From the NCBI GenBank assembly GCA_036785375.1, contig JAWMAR010000085.1:4774001-4838000 (forward strand): a DNA stretch of 64,000 bases, written 5' to 3'. Below the pieces are notes generated by a model. The model saw only the letters and a list, made by a program, of their open reading frames with translations, ran no database searches and had not been told where the DNA came from. Shown in pieces: positions 63,221 to 64,000 of the stretch (position 1 is its first letter; each line of letters begins with the position of its first letter). The position numbers and the translations under genes were made by a program. Origin of the DNA: Leucoraja ocellata. Taxonomy: Eukaryota.

Positions 63221-64000
63221 TCAGGATGACAATCTTTTTGTTAGTTCTGTACACCTACCCCCTCCCTGCCCACATTCAAATCCACATGACAGATTCATGG
63301 AAGACCCTGTTAGCATGCGTAACCTTGCTGATGAGAACCTTACCAATATGGTCCAGCAGCTCTCATTGGGTGATTCAAGGGTTGATTTAGTTCTTAGGAC
63401 GACTGTGAACATTAGTGACTCACCAATGTTCTCAAAAACGAAGCCAATATATTTAGGCAAAGACGAGGGAACATTCAGGCGTGGTGACTAAGCAACTGTA
63501 AGACTCGACCACAAAGTAAAATATATGTACTAACACAGAATCACTTTAGAAGACTATGTGACATTAACTGGTTAAAGTCCTTAGCTGGAAAAGTGAGTGA
63601 AATTTTGGGAATGTGGGAGGTTGAAATTACACAAGGGAATTTGAAATTACTGGAATTATAAATCCCTACGAAGCATAGCTGTTTGCAGGGCAAGTTGAAG
63701 CCGGGGTAAAAGCCTTTGTGTTTATCTTCGGTATAAATCAGCATCTGCAGTTTCTTCCTACACAAAGGATATGTTAATTTGTTTTACAAGTTTTTGAATA
63801 ATTTTAGTTTATTTAAGTTTAAATACTAGTAAATGTTTTAAGTTTGATACCCCTTTAAAAGGCAATTAATACTACCTGTATTAATTATTACTACCTGGTT
63901 TTAGTATCAATTTTTCAAAAAGAAAAATTTTACTAATTTGTTACTATGTTTACTAAAAATGTTACTAATTTATTTTCTGTTAGTGCTGGGTTATTTTTCC

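Overview
Repeat-dense eukaryotic DNA, most consistent with a cartilaginous fish (skate, ray or shark). This is inferred from HE1-type tRNA/V-SINEs sharing 3' ends with HER1/CR1-type LINEs. I cannot identify any host protein-coding gene; only a few weak splice-bounded candidate exons are visible, so the window looks intronic or intergenic. Recognisable coding potential belongs to transposons: many CR1 LINE fragments, one young 5'-truncated Rex1/Babar LINE with an intact RT ORF, RTE and L1-clade fragments, Penelope-like (PLE) RT and GIY-YIG fragments, an internally deleted Gypsy element with both LTRs, PBS, PPT and TSD, a solo LTR, and Helitron-helicase, pogo/Tigger and Gypsy pol fossils. Non-autonomous DNA transposons include hAT (8-bp TSD), PIF/Harbinger, Tc1/pogo and a foldback element. 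Most notable: (i) an abundant short PLE-derived family carrying minimal hammerhead-ribozyme motifs, with long TSDs and back-to-back palindromes; (ii) a fortuitous in-frame GIY-YIG::CR1 fusion ORF; (iii) a three-level CR1/foldback/Gypsy nest; (iv) local templated duplications. All family calls come from motif recognition by eye; no database search was run and many boundaries are approximate.
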